Positions 1 to 9,411 of a stretch of DNA of 64,000 nucleotides are shown here, piece after piece. Location: the NCBI GenBank assembly GCA_025774845.1, contig JALGZP010000003.1:552-64551 (forward strand). The letters run 5' to 3'. A program made the position numbers and the translations under genes. Position 1 is the first letter of the stretch, and the number at the start of each line of letters is the position of its first letter. The notes under the pieces were generated by a model. That model was not told the DNA's origin and searched no databases. It was given only the letters and a program-made list of their open reading frames with translations. The DNA is from a bacterium (GTDB taxonomy: Bacteria > Arandabacterota > Arandabacteria > Arandabacterales > Arandabacteraceae).

Positions 1-2205
1 TAGGACTATCTCAAAGGTGCTTCCCCCACCATCCCGGGGCCTGTACCGGATGTCCCCATTATGATCTCTCAGGATGCGTCTCGCGATCGTGAGGCCGAGG
101 CCCGTCCCACGTGCAGGCGATGACAGCGCATCATCGACACGGTAGAACTCGGTGAATATCTTCTCACCCTCACCGGACGGTATTCCGACACCTCTGTCAC
201 TCACACCGATCACCACCGAACCCGCCTCGCGGGTGATATCAACATCGATCTGCTTGATCTCGGCCGAATACTTTTCTGCATTCGAGAGAAGATTGACCAG
301 CGCCTGCTTCACCGCTTCCTCATCGGCACGAACGAACACCTGGTCCGCCTGCGCGGCGAATGTCACATCAAACCCATTATTCTCCAACCTTGCACGCTGG
401 TTCGCAACGACATCCTCACACAGGGCAACCACGTCACAGACCCTCACCATGTAGTGTTTCTTGCCCTGCCCCATACGCGAGAAATCAAGGACGTTGTTGA
501 TCAGGCGCGTCAGCCGCTCGGTCTCTGAGGTCATGATGTCGAGGTAGCGTTTGCGTTTTGACTCGTCCGGCTGCCGCCCCTCTCTCAGCATTTCCGCAAA
601 CATCCGTATCGATGTCAGCGGGGTCTTAAGCTCATGGGATACATTGGCGACAAACGATGTCTTCTGCTGGGCCAGTTTGACCTCCGCGTACGCCGATCTG
701 AGTACTATAGCGCCACCACTCACGATCGACACGAACAGGATCAGGATCAGAATCCACATCACGGAGGACGCTACCTGCGCCCTCGATGAGATCACATCAG
801 GATTGGTCAGGTAGGCTACCGTTTCCCAGTGGGGCAGCAATTCACTGATCTCCTGGGCAACAAAGGGCTTCCGCCAGTCCCGTTCCTCATGCCCCTGGGG
901 AACGATTAGGGGACTGCTGTTCTCATCAAGCACCGTGAGTATGCGGACCGGCGAATAGATGCCGGGAAGCACCCCGATGATGCGCTCTCGTAACCGCTCG
1001 GCGTCGATAAGGCATCCGACTATGTTGCCGCCGGGGAGTTTCTGCCAGTAGAGCAGCCGCAGCCGTTCATCAATTACCCGCGGTATGAAACCGCTGCGGT
1101 CCCGGGCGATGATTTCACTGAAGTTGAGCGACTGGGATACGAACATGGACTTGAGCGCATCGACCTCTCCGGGCACCGGCTCTGTATCCTCCTCTTCCGG
1201 CAGTGCCACGTTCCGGTAGGAGATCTGCTGGCCCCTCTTTTCGGCCTCTTCATACACCTTCTCCCGGACCGGCTCACGCTGCTCGAACTCACTTATCGCC
1301 TGCTGGGACCTCGAGTGCTCCGCGTAGTCGGGCGTCTCCGCCTCATCAGCACTGGATTTCTCGAGTCCCTTCATTTTCTCACCGGGTTTGACCGGCTCCA
1401 CCACGTCCACACTCGCCGCCTTCTTAGCTATCCCCGATGCACGCACCGCTTCGGCAATCTCTTTGTCATCGGCGAATTCCGGACCCCCACCGGGTGAACT
1501 CGCCATCAACCGCCTGTCACTCACAAAACCGGCGGAAGGTTCCTCCGCCTCGGAGCGTGACATGACCGGTTTTCGCCCACCTTCCCGATCAAATGCTGCT
1601 TTCTCGTTGGAGGCAACGATCACCGGTTCATCTGCAGGGGCTCCACTCACATCATCCGCCTCACCGTCCATATCCAGCGTAACCTTACGTGCAGCCGCAA
1701 GCACCGGGGTTTCTTCGGCGGTCGCCACCGGCTCGTCAACGTCCCCCAGGATCTCATCCTTGAAGGCAACTGCGATGTTTTCATATACAGGTACATCGAC
1801 TTCATCACTGAAGAATGCCTGCTGCTTTTCGGCGAACGTTGAGCCCTTCGTACCGGACTTCTGCCGTGCTGCAGGCCAGAGGATCTCGTGCTCCGGTGAA
1901 AGCAGGAACGGGATATCAACCAGCGCCGACCTCCGGCTCCAACTATCAAGCGAATCGCTTACGTGCGAACCCGAGGTCGCCGGAACAGTGCCCGCAAGTT
2001 CGCCCAGGATTCGAGCCACTTCCGTATTGACCAGTGCCGTTGCGTGTGTCACCTCGGCAAGCAGTGTTCCCTCCAGCTGCTTCTCGATATAGGCCTCTTC
2101 GTGACTGATGGCTCTGATTGCCAGCAGGCCTAAGACCACTGCGGGTACGATCACCACTGCGATAAAGAGTATCGCCAGGTACCGGGTCAGCTTGTATTTA
2201 CGCAT
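1..2205 (-). CDS. Sensor histidine kinase, 3'-partial (C-terminus runs off the left window edge)
   Basis: Absent from the ORF track because it has no in-window stop. Reverse-strand ATG at 2205-2203 opens a frame that stays open to position 1 (735 codons). N-terminal TM (MRKYKLTRYLAILFIAVVIVPAVVLGLLAI), second TM (VMWILILILFVSIVSGGAIVL), HisKA H-box VSHELKTPLTSIRMF (around 600-645), HATPase G-box GTGLGLTIARRIL (around 60-100). Confidence 0.9.
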   Translation of the reverse strand, partial: MRKYKLTRYLAILFIAVVIVPAVVLGLLAIRAISHEEAYIEKQLEGTLLAEVTHATALVNTEVARILGELAGTVPATSGSHVSDSLDSWSRRSALVDIPFLLSPEHEILWPAARQKSGTKGSTFAEKQQAFFSDEVDVPVYENIAVAFKDEILGDVDEPVATAEETPVLAAARKVTLDMDGEADDVSGAPADEPVIVASNEKAAFDREGGRKPVMSRSEAEEPSAGFVSDRRLMASSPGGGPEFADDKEIAEAVRASGIAKKAASVDVVEPVKPGEKMKGLEKSSADEAETPDYAEHSRSQQAISEFEQREPVREKVYEEAEKRGQQISYRNVALPEEEDTEPVPGEVDALKSMFVSQSLNFSEIIARDRSGFIPRVIDERLRLLYWQKLPGGNIVGCLIDAERLRERIIGVLPGIYSPVRILTVLDENSSPLIVPQGHEERDWRKPFVAQEISELLPHWETVAYLTNPDVISSRAQVASSVMWILILILFVSIVSGGAIVLRSAYAEVKLAQQKTSFVANVSHELKTPLTSIRMFAEMLREGRQPDESKRKRYLDIMTSETERLTRLINNVLDFSRMGQGKKHYMVRVCDVVALCEDVVANQRARLENNGFDVTFAAQADQVFVRADEEAVKQALVNLLSNAEKYSAEIKQIDVDITREAGSVVIGVSDRGVGIPSGEGEKIFTEFYRVDDALSSPARGTGLGLTIARRILRDHNGDIRYRPRDGGGSTFEIVL

Positions 2206-2279
2206 ATCGCACTTGCCTCTGTGATGCCCGGCGGGTACGAACCCGAAATGCATCTCGCACCCGCCCTTACGACCTTACA

Positions 2280-3638
2280 CTATTTCTTCTTTTCATCCGA
2301 GACATAACCCTGCTGGGTCGACTGGGTATATGCTTGATTCACAACTGCCTTGCGTCGGTACCGGGTCAGACCCTCGTTTGACGAAATATCGTCAGATATC
2401 TCTTCACACACCTCTGCCTCTTCAAGTAGCTCCTTATCGTTATCGCACTGTTCAGCTACCTTTTCAAGTTCAATTGCGTTCTTCATGATCAGCTTCGCAG
2501 CGCCGGCGTGGTCGCCTTGATCGGCCAGCACTACCGCTTCCCGCTTGCGGTCGGATGTCCTCGTGAGTGCGGCTTCCTTGATGATCTCGGGCTGCTGTCT
2601 CTCGTCGACCACCTTGCTGTCTCCGTGATAGGTCACCTCGATGTCATGTCGACTGTTTACTGTCTTGCTCGTATTCGGGTCGGCATATTCGACGTCTACA
2701 TGTGCGACTTCGAGACGCTTACCGTCGGCGTTCCGGGGGACGCGAACCTCAAACAGTGCATACTTTTCGTTCATGCCGTAGAGTTTGCCCACGGTGACCG
2801 TCATCTCCTGACCGGCAATCATACCCGAGCGGCCCAGCACGGAGAGCGGGACCACACCGTCGGCGCAGTCTATGCGGATGAGTATGTCCCGGGCAACAAG
2901 CATCATGGCCTCTCCGATTTCCTCGGCGAATATCCGCGGTAGTTCCCGGCCGGAGCTTGCGAAGTACGCGTTGCCATCACTTCTGGCCGCAAGCGCGGTC
3001 ATCAGGTCCTCATTGTAGTCCAGACCGACTCCGATCGTGGTCACCGTGATCCCTTCCCTGCCGAGCGCTCCTCCGAGTTCGGCAAGCTCGGATGTTGATT
3101 GCGGGCCTACGTTCGCCAGACCGTCCGAGAGGAGTATGATTCTGTTGATATACTCATACGAGATGCTCCTTCGCACTTCGGCGGCCCCAAAGCACACACC
3201 ACCGTAAAGCGCGGTCGATCCCCCGGCGTATACTCTCGAGATCGTCTTGATCAGTGCATCCTTATCCCTAACGTGCTGGGCCGGGATAATCACCCGTGGT
3301 GAGTTGTCATAGACCACGAGTGAGAGGATGTCGTCCCTGGTGAGACGTTCAACGATTTCGATAGCCCCGAGCTTGGCGTTTTCCATCTTGTTGTCGCCTC
3401 TCATCGAACCTGACTTGTCGAGGACTATGGCCACATTGAGCGGCAGGCGTTTCCGCCTCAGGAGTTCGTCGGTCCCACAGAGACCGACTTTGATTACGAT
3501 GGTTTCGTCGCTGCCGGCCAGTACAAACGGCCTATCCACATCGGCGCGGACGCGAATACCGGCGTTCCCGGAAGAACTCATGCCGGCAACTACAATCACC
3601 AAACCCAACAGAAGTGCAAACGTTACGTGTCTCATCAC
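2280..3638 (-). CDS. Secreted von Willebrand factor type A (VWA) domain protein
   Basis: 452-aa ORF with signal peptide MMRHVTFALLLGLVIVVAGMSSSGNA. MIDAS DxSxS motif in VAIVLDKSGSM. Helical, acidic C-terminal region. Confidence 0.85.
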   Translation of the reverse strand: MMRHVTFALLLGLVIVVAGMSSSGNAGIRVRADVDRPFVLAGSDETIVIKVGLCGTDELLRRKRLPLNVAIVLDKSGSMRGDNKMENAKLGAIEIVERLTRDDILSLVVYDNSPRVIIPAQHVRDKDALIKTISRVYAGGSTALYGGVCFGAAEVRRSISYEYINRIILLSDGLANVGPQSTSELAELGGALGREGITVTTIGVGLDYNEDLMTALAARSDGNAYFASSGRELPRIFAEEIGEAMMLVARDILIRIDCADGVVPLSVLGRSGMIAGQEMTVTVGKLYGMNEKYALFEVRVPRNADGKRLEVAHVDVEYADPNTSKTVNSRHDIEVTYHGDSKVVDERQQPEIIKEAALTRTSDRKREAVVLADQGDHAGAAKLIMKNAIELEKVAEQCDNDKELLEEAEVCEEISDDISSNEGLTRYRRKAVVNQAYTQSTQQGYVSDEKKK

Positions 3639-3651
3639 GTATCTCCTTTCG

Positions 3652-4737
3652 TTACGGACGCCGAATCACAGGAATTCTGCGTTCACGGTCACCGTCCGTC
3701 CTGGAGCCACAGGCTATTTCCCCCTCGGGGAAGGCGGCCAGATGGATCACTGCATTCCGGTAAACGAGTGCATTGACGTTTACCTTGTCATCAACAACAG
3801 AGAGCTCGAATCCGAGATCGATGCCGGCCTTTTGCTTATACCGCCTGTCATGGAGCATACGCAGCAGCCCGATAGCGTCACCCTGGGTGATGGACCCTGC
3901 CCTCTTATGGCTGATCGCCGAGAGCGCCGCCGACTCAAGCATCTTGGGCCACAGGCGCCGGAACAGGGCCGGATTGGCGAAGATATCAACACTCGTGATC
4001 TCATCGCCGACTCCCACCACCACACCGATCACATCAGGATAGAGATGCGGGATGTCTTCCATTTTCCCCTCGAAGGCCGAGAGCTCCCTGCGTGTATCCT
4101 CCGACTCGTAGACGGCCTGAAGCCTGCTTGTGGGCGACGACACTCCGACTCTATCACTCATGCTTCTGATCTCGTCCCAGATGTCACCCTGGGCGCTTTT
4201 CCCCGCCTTCTGCCCCTCCGCCCGCAGCTTGCCCGTTCCAAGGTTCTGCTTGCTGTAAAAGCTATCGGATTCATAGGTCCAGCGGCCCGCCTCGACGCAG
4301 TAAACAGGCACGATTACCCGCCGGCTCTTCGGCTTGATCAGCACATCCCTGCCCACGAGTCTGTCCTGTTTGCATCCCGTGAGCACCTCGCCTCCCATCA
4401 GGAAGATGTATCTGTCAGACCGGTTCGTAAGCTCGACCTGAGGCACCTGACCACCCTCCACTTCTCTGATCTCAAGCAATCCGTCTTCAAGTGCCTCATC
4501 CAGCGTGGTGTAACGGAATCGATCCTTGATTCGCGTCGTGTAGATCGGGACAATCGTCAGGTTCTTGTAGTAGACCGGCTCACCGGCCTCAAGGGTTTCG
4601 ATAAGCTCACTGACTTCGTCACCGCTTACGGCGTGAACCTGACCCGTCATCACCACACACACGACCGCGAGTGCAACACCAAGTATCAGACATTTCGTGT
4701 TCTTCATCATCGTGATCACCTCCTCTCGTTTCATCAC
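3652..4737 (-). CDS. Secreted protein of unknown function, probably co-transcribed with the VWA gene
   Basis: 361-aa ORF with signal peptide (KCLILGVALAVVCVVMTGQVHA). Only 13 nt separate it from the downstream VWA gene. No catalytic motif recognised, and I cannot name the family with confidence. The true start may be the internal MMKNTK. Confidence 0.6.
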   Translation of the reverse strand: MMKREEVITMMKNTKCLILGVALAVVCVVMTGQVHAVSGDEVSELIETLEAGEPVYYKNLTIVPIYTTRIKDRFRYTTLDEALEDGLLEIREVEGGQVPQVELTNRSDRYIFLMGGEVLTGCKQDRLVGRDVLIKPKSRRVIVPVYCVEAGRWTYESDSFYSKQNLGTGKLRAEGQKAGKSAQGDIWDEIRSMSDRVGVSSPTSRLQAVYESEDTRRELSAFEGKMEDIPHLYPDVIGVVVGVGDEITSVDIFANPALFRRLWPKMLESAALSAISHKRAGSITQGDAIGLLRMLHDRRYKQKAGIDLGFELSVVDDKVNVNALVYRNAVIHLAAFPEGEIACGSRTDGDRERRIPVIRRP

Positions 4738-4859
4738 TTGCTCCTTTCACTAGGACTATACACGTGAGGCGAAAAAGAGTTGTCATGGGGGTGTAAAACG
4801 ATTGTAAAAGGATGTAAAGTGCCGGAGAGGCATATGAATGCTGGGCTTGCGGGAAGGGG

Positions 4860-5864
4860 TCAGGTGATGATGTTGAGCGTCTCGCCGCAGTTAGTGCAGG
4901 TGTTACCCGAGAGACCGGGGCTACGGGAGCTGAAGCCGGACCGCTCTATTACGACCTGGCCGCAGCGGGGGCAGTGGGTGTGTTCATACCTTCCTCCCGG
5001 GAGATTCCCCGCATATACATACTTGAGCCCGCTTCTGTTTCCAATCTCAAGTGCCTCAAAGATCTTGTCCGATGAGGTCCAGTCCTTCTCACCCTGCTTG
5101 TACTGGGGATGAAACCGGGACACATGCCAGGGTATCTCGGGGGAGATCGACACAATGAAGTCCGCGATTTGCTTGATCTCATCCATTCCGTCGTTCTCAC
5201 CCGGTACGATGAGCGTTGTGATCTCGATGAATATACCCTCGGCGTGCATGATCTCTATGGCCGTAAGCACAGGGGCAAGCCGGGCGCGGCACCTGTCCCT
5301 GTAGAAGTTGTCGCTGAAAGCCTTGAGGTCCACGTTTGCTGCATCGATAACTTCCGCCATCTTCTCAAGCGTCTCGGGTGTCTGATAGCCATTGGTGACA
5401 AAGGTGTTCTTAAGACCCATCTTCTTTGCGATCCGGGCGGTGTCATATGCAAACTCAAAGAAGATAGTAGGCTCGGTATAGGTATATGATATGCTCTCGC
5501 ACCCTTGGGACTTCGCGTCCGCCGCAATCTCTTCGGGTGTCGCATCCTCCCCGTATATCGATCCATCGTCATGGGTCATCTGAGAGATCTGCCAGTTCTG
5601 GCAGAAATCACAGAAGAAGTTACAGCCCGCCGTGGCAATCGAGTAGGTTCGTGTACCTGGAAGAAAATGGTAGAGGGGCTTCTTCTCAATCGGATCGATC
5701 GCCCTGCTTATGAGTTTCCCGTATACGAGTGTGTAAAGCATACCACCGGAATTGACCCGCACCCCGCAAAGCCCTCTCTCACCCTCCTTGATGTTGCAAC
5801 GGTGAGCACAGAGGTGGCAGAGCGCGTTTCCGTTCTTGCTTTTCCAGAGTATCGCCTCCCTCAT
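4860..5864 (-). CDS. amrS: AmmeMemoRadiSam-system-type radical SAM enzyme (pyruvate formate-lyase activase-like)
   Basis: 334 aa. N-terminal CHLCAHRCNIKEGERGLCGVR, radical SAM CX3CX2C (CNFFCDFC), C-terminal zinc-ribbon CPRCG...CTNCG. Length and motif order match my memory of the AmrS family. Confidence 0.8.
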   Translation of the reverse strand: MREAILWKSKNGNALCHLCAHRCNIKEGERGLCGVRVNSGGMLYTLVYGKLISRAIDPIEKKPLYHFLPGTRTYSIATAGCNFFCDFCQNWQISQMTHDDGSIYGEDATPEEIAADAKSQGCESISYTYTEPTIFFEFAYDTARIAKKMGLKNTFVTNGYQTPETLEKMAEVIDAANVDLKAFSDNFYRDRCRARLAPVLTAIEIMHAEGIFIEITTLIVPGENDGMDEIKQIADFIVSISPEIPWHVSRFHPQYKQGEKDWTSSDKIFEALEIGNRSGLKYVYAGNLPGGRYEHTHCPRCGQVVIERSGFSSRSPGLSGNTCTNCGETLNIIT

Positions 5865-5919
5865 GCTACCTCCCGTGCGCTCATACTACCCCCACCGCCG
5901 GAGCCCGGTCAAACACCAA

Positions 5920-5947
5920 TTGACATGGGTTAAAAACGTAGTATTAT
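5920..5947 (+). promoter_or_regulatory. Putative sigma70-type promoter of the ferritin-like gene
   Basis: TTGACA (5920-5925), 16-nt spacer, TATTAT (5942-5947). Followed by SD AAAGGAGGG and the ATG at 5973. Confidence 0.45.
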
Positions 5948-5972
5948 ACACGATAGACAAAGGAGGGTCCAA

Positions 5973-6425
5973 ATGGCGGCATCCACGATAGAAGAGATAT
6001 TCAGCTTTGCGATCGATAAGGAGAAAGAGGCAATCGCCTTTTATCAAGATCTTGCATGCAAAGCAGAAAACCCTGTCGTCAAGGATGCCATTCTTAAGAT
6101 GGCTGATGAAGAGCGGAAGCATGAGAAGATGCTCATGAACATCAACCTTAAGAAGCTCCAATTCGTCAAGCAGCCCTCCCAGCAAGACATGAAGCTGAGC
6201 GACTACCTTGTCGAGACCCCGGCAACCAAAGACATGTCCTATCCCGACCTCCTGGTGATCGCCATGAAACGAGAAGAGAAGGCCTACGAGCTCTATGCCG
6301 AGCTCGAGACGAGGGCCGGTGACGACGCCTCACGCAAGGTCTTCACTCTGCTCAAGGGAGAAGAGCTCAAGCACAAGACAGGTCTTGAGAGAGAATACGA
6401 GGAAGGCGTTCTGCGAGAAGGCTGA
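5973..6425 (+). CDS. Ferritin-like diiron protein (rubrerythrin family, no rubredoxin domain)
   Basis: 150 aa four-helix pattern with E...ExxH...E...ExxH ligands (EKEA, EERKHEK, REEKAYE, GEELKHK). Confidence 0.75.
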   Translation: MAASTIEEIFSFAIDKEKEAIAFYQDLACKAENPVVKDAILKMADEERKHEKMLMNINLKKLQFVKQPSQQDMKLSDYLVETPATKDMSYPDLLVIAMKREEKAYELYAELETRAGDDASRKVFTLLKGEELKHKTGLEREYEEGVLREG

Positions 6426-6503
6426 TGCTGCCTCTGCGGAGTCCCCGGGTGGCGAAGATCGCATGTTAGCCGCCCGTTTTCTGTTGCTTCCTGATAGGAT
6501 TGA

Positions 6504-7133
6504 TTGCTGATGCCTTGGAAGTGTCGAATCTGGTTGTTAGCGCTTCTATCGATCGTGGTTTTCCCGCACACATGTCTCGCTGCACGTCTGATTTCCATCG
6601 ACCTCGGTTATGTCGGGACATCGAGTGATAACTATGGTTCCGGGTTTACCTACGGGCTGGCGATAACCGAGGGTAAGGGGAAGATCGGCTTCGGGATTGC
6701 CACCCAGAGGTTCTCCAACTCTATCTTCTACGAGCGGCCGATAGAAACAGGCACAGGGACAAGGATATTCAAGTACGAAGAGGCACTATCGGATTTCTAC
6801 CTTACGATAATGGCGACGTACAATCGCAGGTTCGGTGTCAACTCGACAACCCTTCTGGCGGGACTCGGCCCACAGGTTCACTTCATCACGGGGACCAAGT
6901 ATTACATAACAGACGGGTATTCACTCACGTCACGCGACTTCAGGCTCGGTGTGGGGCTTCTTCTCCGCTATGAGCAGAGATTCTATGCATTTGGAAACCT
7001 GACATTCGTACTGACGACACAGTACTCCTGGGCTGAGGCCGGCAGGGACATCGACCCGTTACAGGGCTACGGTCCGGCACCGGAATCACTGAGCCTGCCG
7101 GCTGTGACCGCCGGACTCGCCTTTCCATTCTAG
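6504..7133 (+). CDS. Outer-membrane beta-barrel protein (uncharacterised)
   Basis: 209 aa with signal peptide ending HTCLAA. Alternating Gly/aromatic strand pattern and a C-terminal ...TAGLAFPF aromatic terminus typical of OMPs. Confidence 0.6.
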   Translation: MLMPWKCRIWLLALLSIVVFPHTCLAARLISIDLGYVGTSSDNYGSGFTYGLAITEGKGKIGFGIATQRFSNSIFYERPIETGTGTRIFKYEEALSDFYLTIMATYNRRFGVNSTTLLAGLGPQVHFITGTKYYITDGYSLTSRDFRLGVGLLLRYEQRFYAFGNLTFVLTTQYSWAEAGRDIDPLQGYGPAPESLSLPAVTAGLAFPF

Positions 7134-7143
7134 GAGAGCTAAA

Positions 7144-7845
7144 ATGGCCTTGCTTGAAGACCTGATTGAGAGCGTACGACAGAAGGATGTAGAGGTCCGG
7201 GAGACCGTGGCCGGCAGTTCCTGGACAATGGTGGCCACATCCAGTTGGGGGATCGCGGCCACGATGGGCGGCGCAGATGAGCGGAATGATCTGTGTGGCA
7301 AACCGGCCGGGGACTTGCTCCAGTTTTCTGCCTCGGCGAATCCTGTTGAAGCATCAGTCGGCATCGCCACGCTCAACTCCCTGATCATAGGACAGGTTGA
7401 CGCCCACCATTTCAAGCCCTACAAGATACCGACCGCCAAGGATAAGAAGATCGTAGTGGTGGGTGATTTCCATTTCACCGAACATCTCAAGACTATCGCA
7501 CTGGATGTAAGCGTCGTCCAGAAGAACCCGGAGACAGGCGACTATACAGGAAATGAGCAGGCCTTTCGCGACGCCGATGTAGCCCTTATCGCTGGCGCCA
7601 CGATCGTCGACCGCACCCTTGAGTCGCTGCTCAAACTTGCGGGCCCGTGTTACACGATAGTCTATGGGCCATCTACCCCGCTTTCACCGGTCCTCTTTAA
7701 GTACGGGGCGGATCAGCTGGTGGGTGTAAGGGTAAAAGACGAGATCGCTGCGAAGAAGTGCATCACCGAGGGTATGAGAGACCTGTCGGGATGCCCCGGA
7801 TTGGCCCCCGTGGTCATGGAGGCAGGACAGAAGGCCACGGATTAG
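7144..7845 (+). CDS. DUF364-like Rossmann-fold protein (putative chelatase-like, function unknown)
   Basis: 233 aa. The C-terminal half (KKIVVVGDFHF...DADVALIAGATIVDRTLESLL...VYGPSTPLSPVLF...GADQLVGVRV) matches my memory of the DUF364 family. Confidence 0.6.
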   Translation: MALLEDLIESVRQKDVEVRETVAGSSWTMVATSSWGIAATMGGADERNDLCGKPAGDLLQFSASANPVEASVGIATLNSLIIGQVDAHHFKPYKIPTAKDKKIVVVGDFHFTEHLKTIALDVSVVQKNPETGDYTGNEQAFRDADVALIAGATIVDRTLESLLKLAGPCYTIVYGPSTPLSPVLFKYGADQLVGVRVKDEIAAKKCITEGMRDLSGCPGLAPVVMEAGQKATD

Positions 7846-7902
7846 AGTGAACGACGCCCAGACTCACCCGGCCTGGTAAGATGCCGGCCTGCGGAGGCAA
7901 GT

Positions 7903-8643
7903 GTGGCCAAGAACTATATGCTCCTCTATGGCAAGAATTCGGTTCTCGAGCGACTGCGGGCGAATCCTGAGAGCATACGGAAGGTATTGCTATCCGATAA
8001 GTTCAAAGAGCCCGAGATAGAGGATCTGATAGAGAAGCACGCAATCCCCGTAGAGAGACTCAGCGCCTCAGACCTGGCCAAGAAACGACCCGCAAAGGAT
8101 CTCCAGGGAGTAATAGCAAAGGTCGGTAAGTTCAAGTATGTTGAGTTCGATGACTTGCTGGACACCCCCGAAAGCAAGCGAAGGACTCTCATTTTTCTGG
8201 ACAGGGTAAGTGACCCGCATAACCTGGGTGTCATCCTGCGTACGACCGCCTGCTTCGGCGGATTCGCAGTGATCATACCGGGGCACGAGGCCTGTGAAGT
8301 GAATGAGACCGTTCTCCACGTTGCCTCAGGGGCAGAGAACTACACCCCGGTCTCGATGGTGACAAATATCTCAAACTCGATGGCCAAAGCGAAAAAGACC
8401 GGTTACTGGATCGTGGGCGCCGTGGTGGACGAAGACGCCATCAGCATAGAGGAGGGCAACCTGCCGTTTCCACTGGGCGTTGTTCTCGGGTCTGAGGGTT
8501 CCGGGATAAGACCCGGTCTGAAGAAGCATCTCGATATGAAGGCCAGAATCCCAATGGAGGGGGCGCTGCTCTCCTTCAATGTCAATATCGCCTGTGCCCT
8601 CTTCTGTTATGAGATCTGCAGGCAGAGAACCGGCGACCAGTAA
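7903..8643 (+). CDS. rlmB: SpoU/TrmH-family 23S rRNA 2'-O-methyltransferase (RlmB-like)
   Basis: 246 aa with a GTG start. N-terminal L30e-like substrate-binding region. SpoU motifs LDRVSDPHNLGVILRT and VVLGSEGSGIRPGLKKH...IPM.G...SFNV. Confidence 0.85.
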   Translation: MAKNYMLLYGKNSVLERLRANPESIRKVLLSDKFKEPEIEDLIEKHAIPVERLSASDLAKKRPAKDLQGVIAKVGKFKYVEFDDLLDTPESKRRTLIFLDRVSDPHNLGVILRTTACFGGFAVIIPGHEACEVNETVLHVASGAENYTPVSMVTNISNSMAKAKKTGYWIVGAVVDEDAISIEEGNLPFPLGVVLGSEGSGIRPGLKKHLDMKARIPMEGALLSFNVNIACALFCYEICRQRTGDQ

Positions 8644-8678
8644 CGCAAACCGACCGTGCAGAAACCGGCCGGAGTGGC

Positions 8679-8711
8679 AAAAGAAGAGGGTCCGGGGTAT
8701 CCCCCGAACCC
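8679..8711 (-). terminator. Possible intrinsic terminator after the small OMP gene, between convergent genes
   Basis: On the minus strand, an imperfect GC-rich hairpin GGGUUCGGGGG-AUA-CCCCGGACCC (8688-8711) is followed by a T-rich run CTCTTCTTTTG. The stem has one mismatch and one bulge. Confidence 0.35.
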
Positions 8712-8742
8712 TGATTACTTCAGTATAAATGCGCGGTCGACG

Positions 8743-9246
8743 TTACGGAATTATGCGTACACCGACGCTGAAGTAATTGATATCCGCCTCGATCAGCGTG
8801 AACTCGACCTCACCACTGAACTGCTCGTTGAAATTCATCCCGAGACCGCCGCCCAGGGACAGGCCACTGTCCGAGCCGCTGACGGAAACATGGCTCGTCT
8901 CTGCAGTGATATCCTCATGCAGTATGCCCGCCTTGCCCTTAAGATAGAGGGCCTCTCCCAGGGGGAAGCGATAGACGAAATACCCCGCAACTGTCCAGAT
9001 CTTCCACTCAACTATTTCCGAACCAATTTCCCAGTCACCGCCTGAGACCCTGAAGTTGAACTCGCCCTCGATCGACATATTCGAGGAAATATCATAACCG
9101 CCTACCCCACCTATCGGTATGATGTTGTCCACACCTTCAACATCGATCATCATCATGCCGGTCTTGACTCCGAAATACACCTGGGCAGACACTGACCCCG
9201 CAAAAATAAGTCCTATCGCTATACTTAGCAGAATTGCACGCTTCAT
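8743..9246 (-). CDS. Small outer-membrane beta-barrel protein (OmpA-barrel/OmpW-like)
   Basis: 167 aa with signal peptide MKRAILLSIAIGLIFAGSVSA and a repeated amphipathic Gly/aromatic strand pattern. The overlapping plus-strand ORF 8656..9045 has no such features. Confidence 0.6.
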   Translation of the reverse strand: MKRAILLSIAIGLIFAGSVSAQVYFGVKTGMMMIDVEGVDNIIPIGGVGGYDISSNMSIEGEFNFRVSGGDWEIGSEIVEWKIWTVAGYFVYRFPLGEALYLKGKAGILHEDITAETSHVSVSGSDSGLSLGGGLGMNFNEQFSGEVEFTLIEADINYFSVGVRIIP

Positions 9247-9411
9247 CTTTCGTCTCCTCCTTGTGTTACACGGTTTACCAACCCAAGAAACACGGTAAGA
9301 GTAGTGAGGTTCTCCTCCTTTCTCTGCTTCCTGTTCCGTATGACACTAGGCTAACTGTCATTGTAGGAGTCAGGGGGGGGCTGTCAATGAAAAACGCCCT
9401 ATCTGCTCGGG

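Noticed and set aside
1388-2092. 234-aa Ser/Thr/Ala-rich plus-strand ORF, plus neighbouring small ORFs at 152-2030
   Set aside because: They lie opposite the histidine kinase frame, which is open from 2205 to position 1 and has H-box and G-box motifs. They mirror its acidic low-complexity region.
1-4760. Shared 9-mer TAGGACTAT at position 1 and at 4751, considered as possible element boundaries
   Set aside because: The match is too short to be meaningful. One copy lies inside the kinase coding region, and there is no other sign of mobility.
3328-4767. 479-aa plus-strand ORF, the longest ORF in this area
   Set aside because: It is antisense to two well-supported minus-strand genes (VWA and the secreted 361-aa protein). 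Its translation is Ser/Arg/Leu/Pro-rich with no motifs, which is typical of a shadow ORF in GC-rich DNA.
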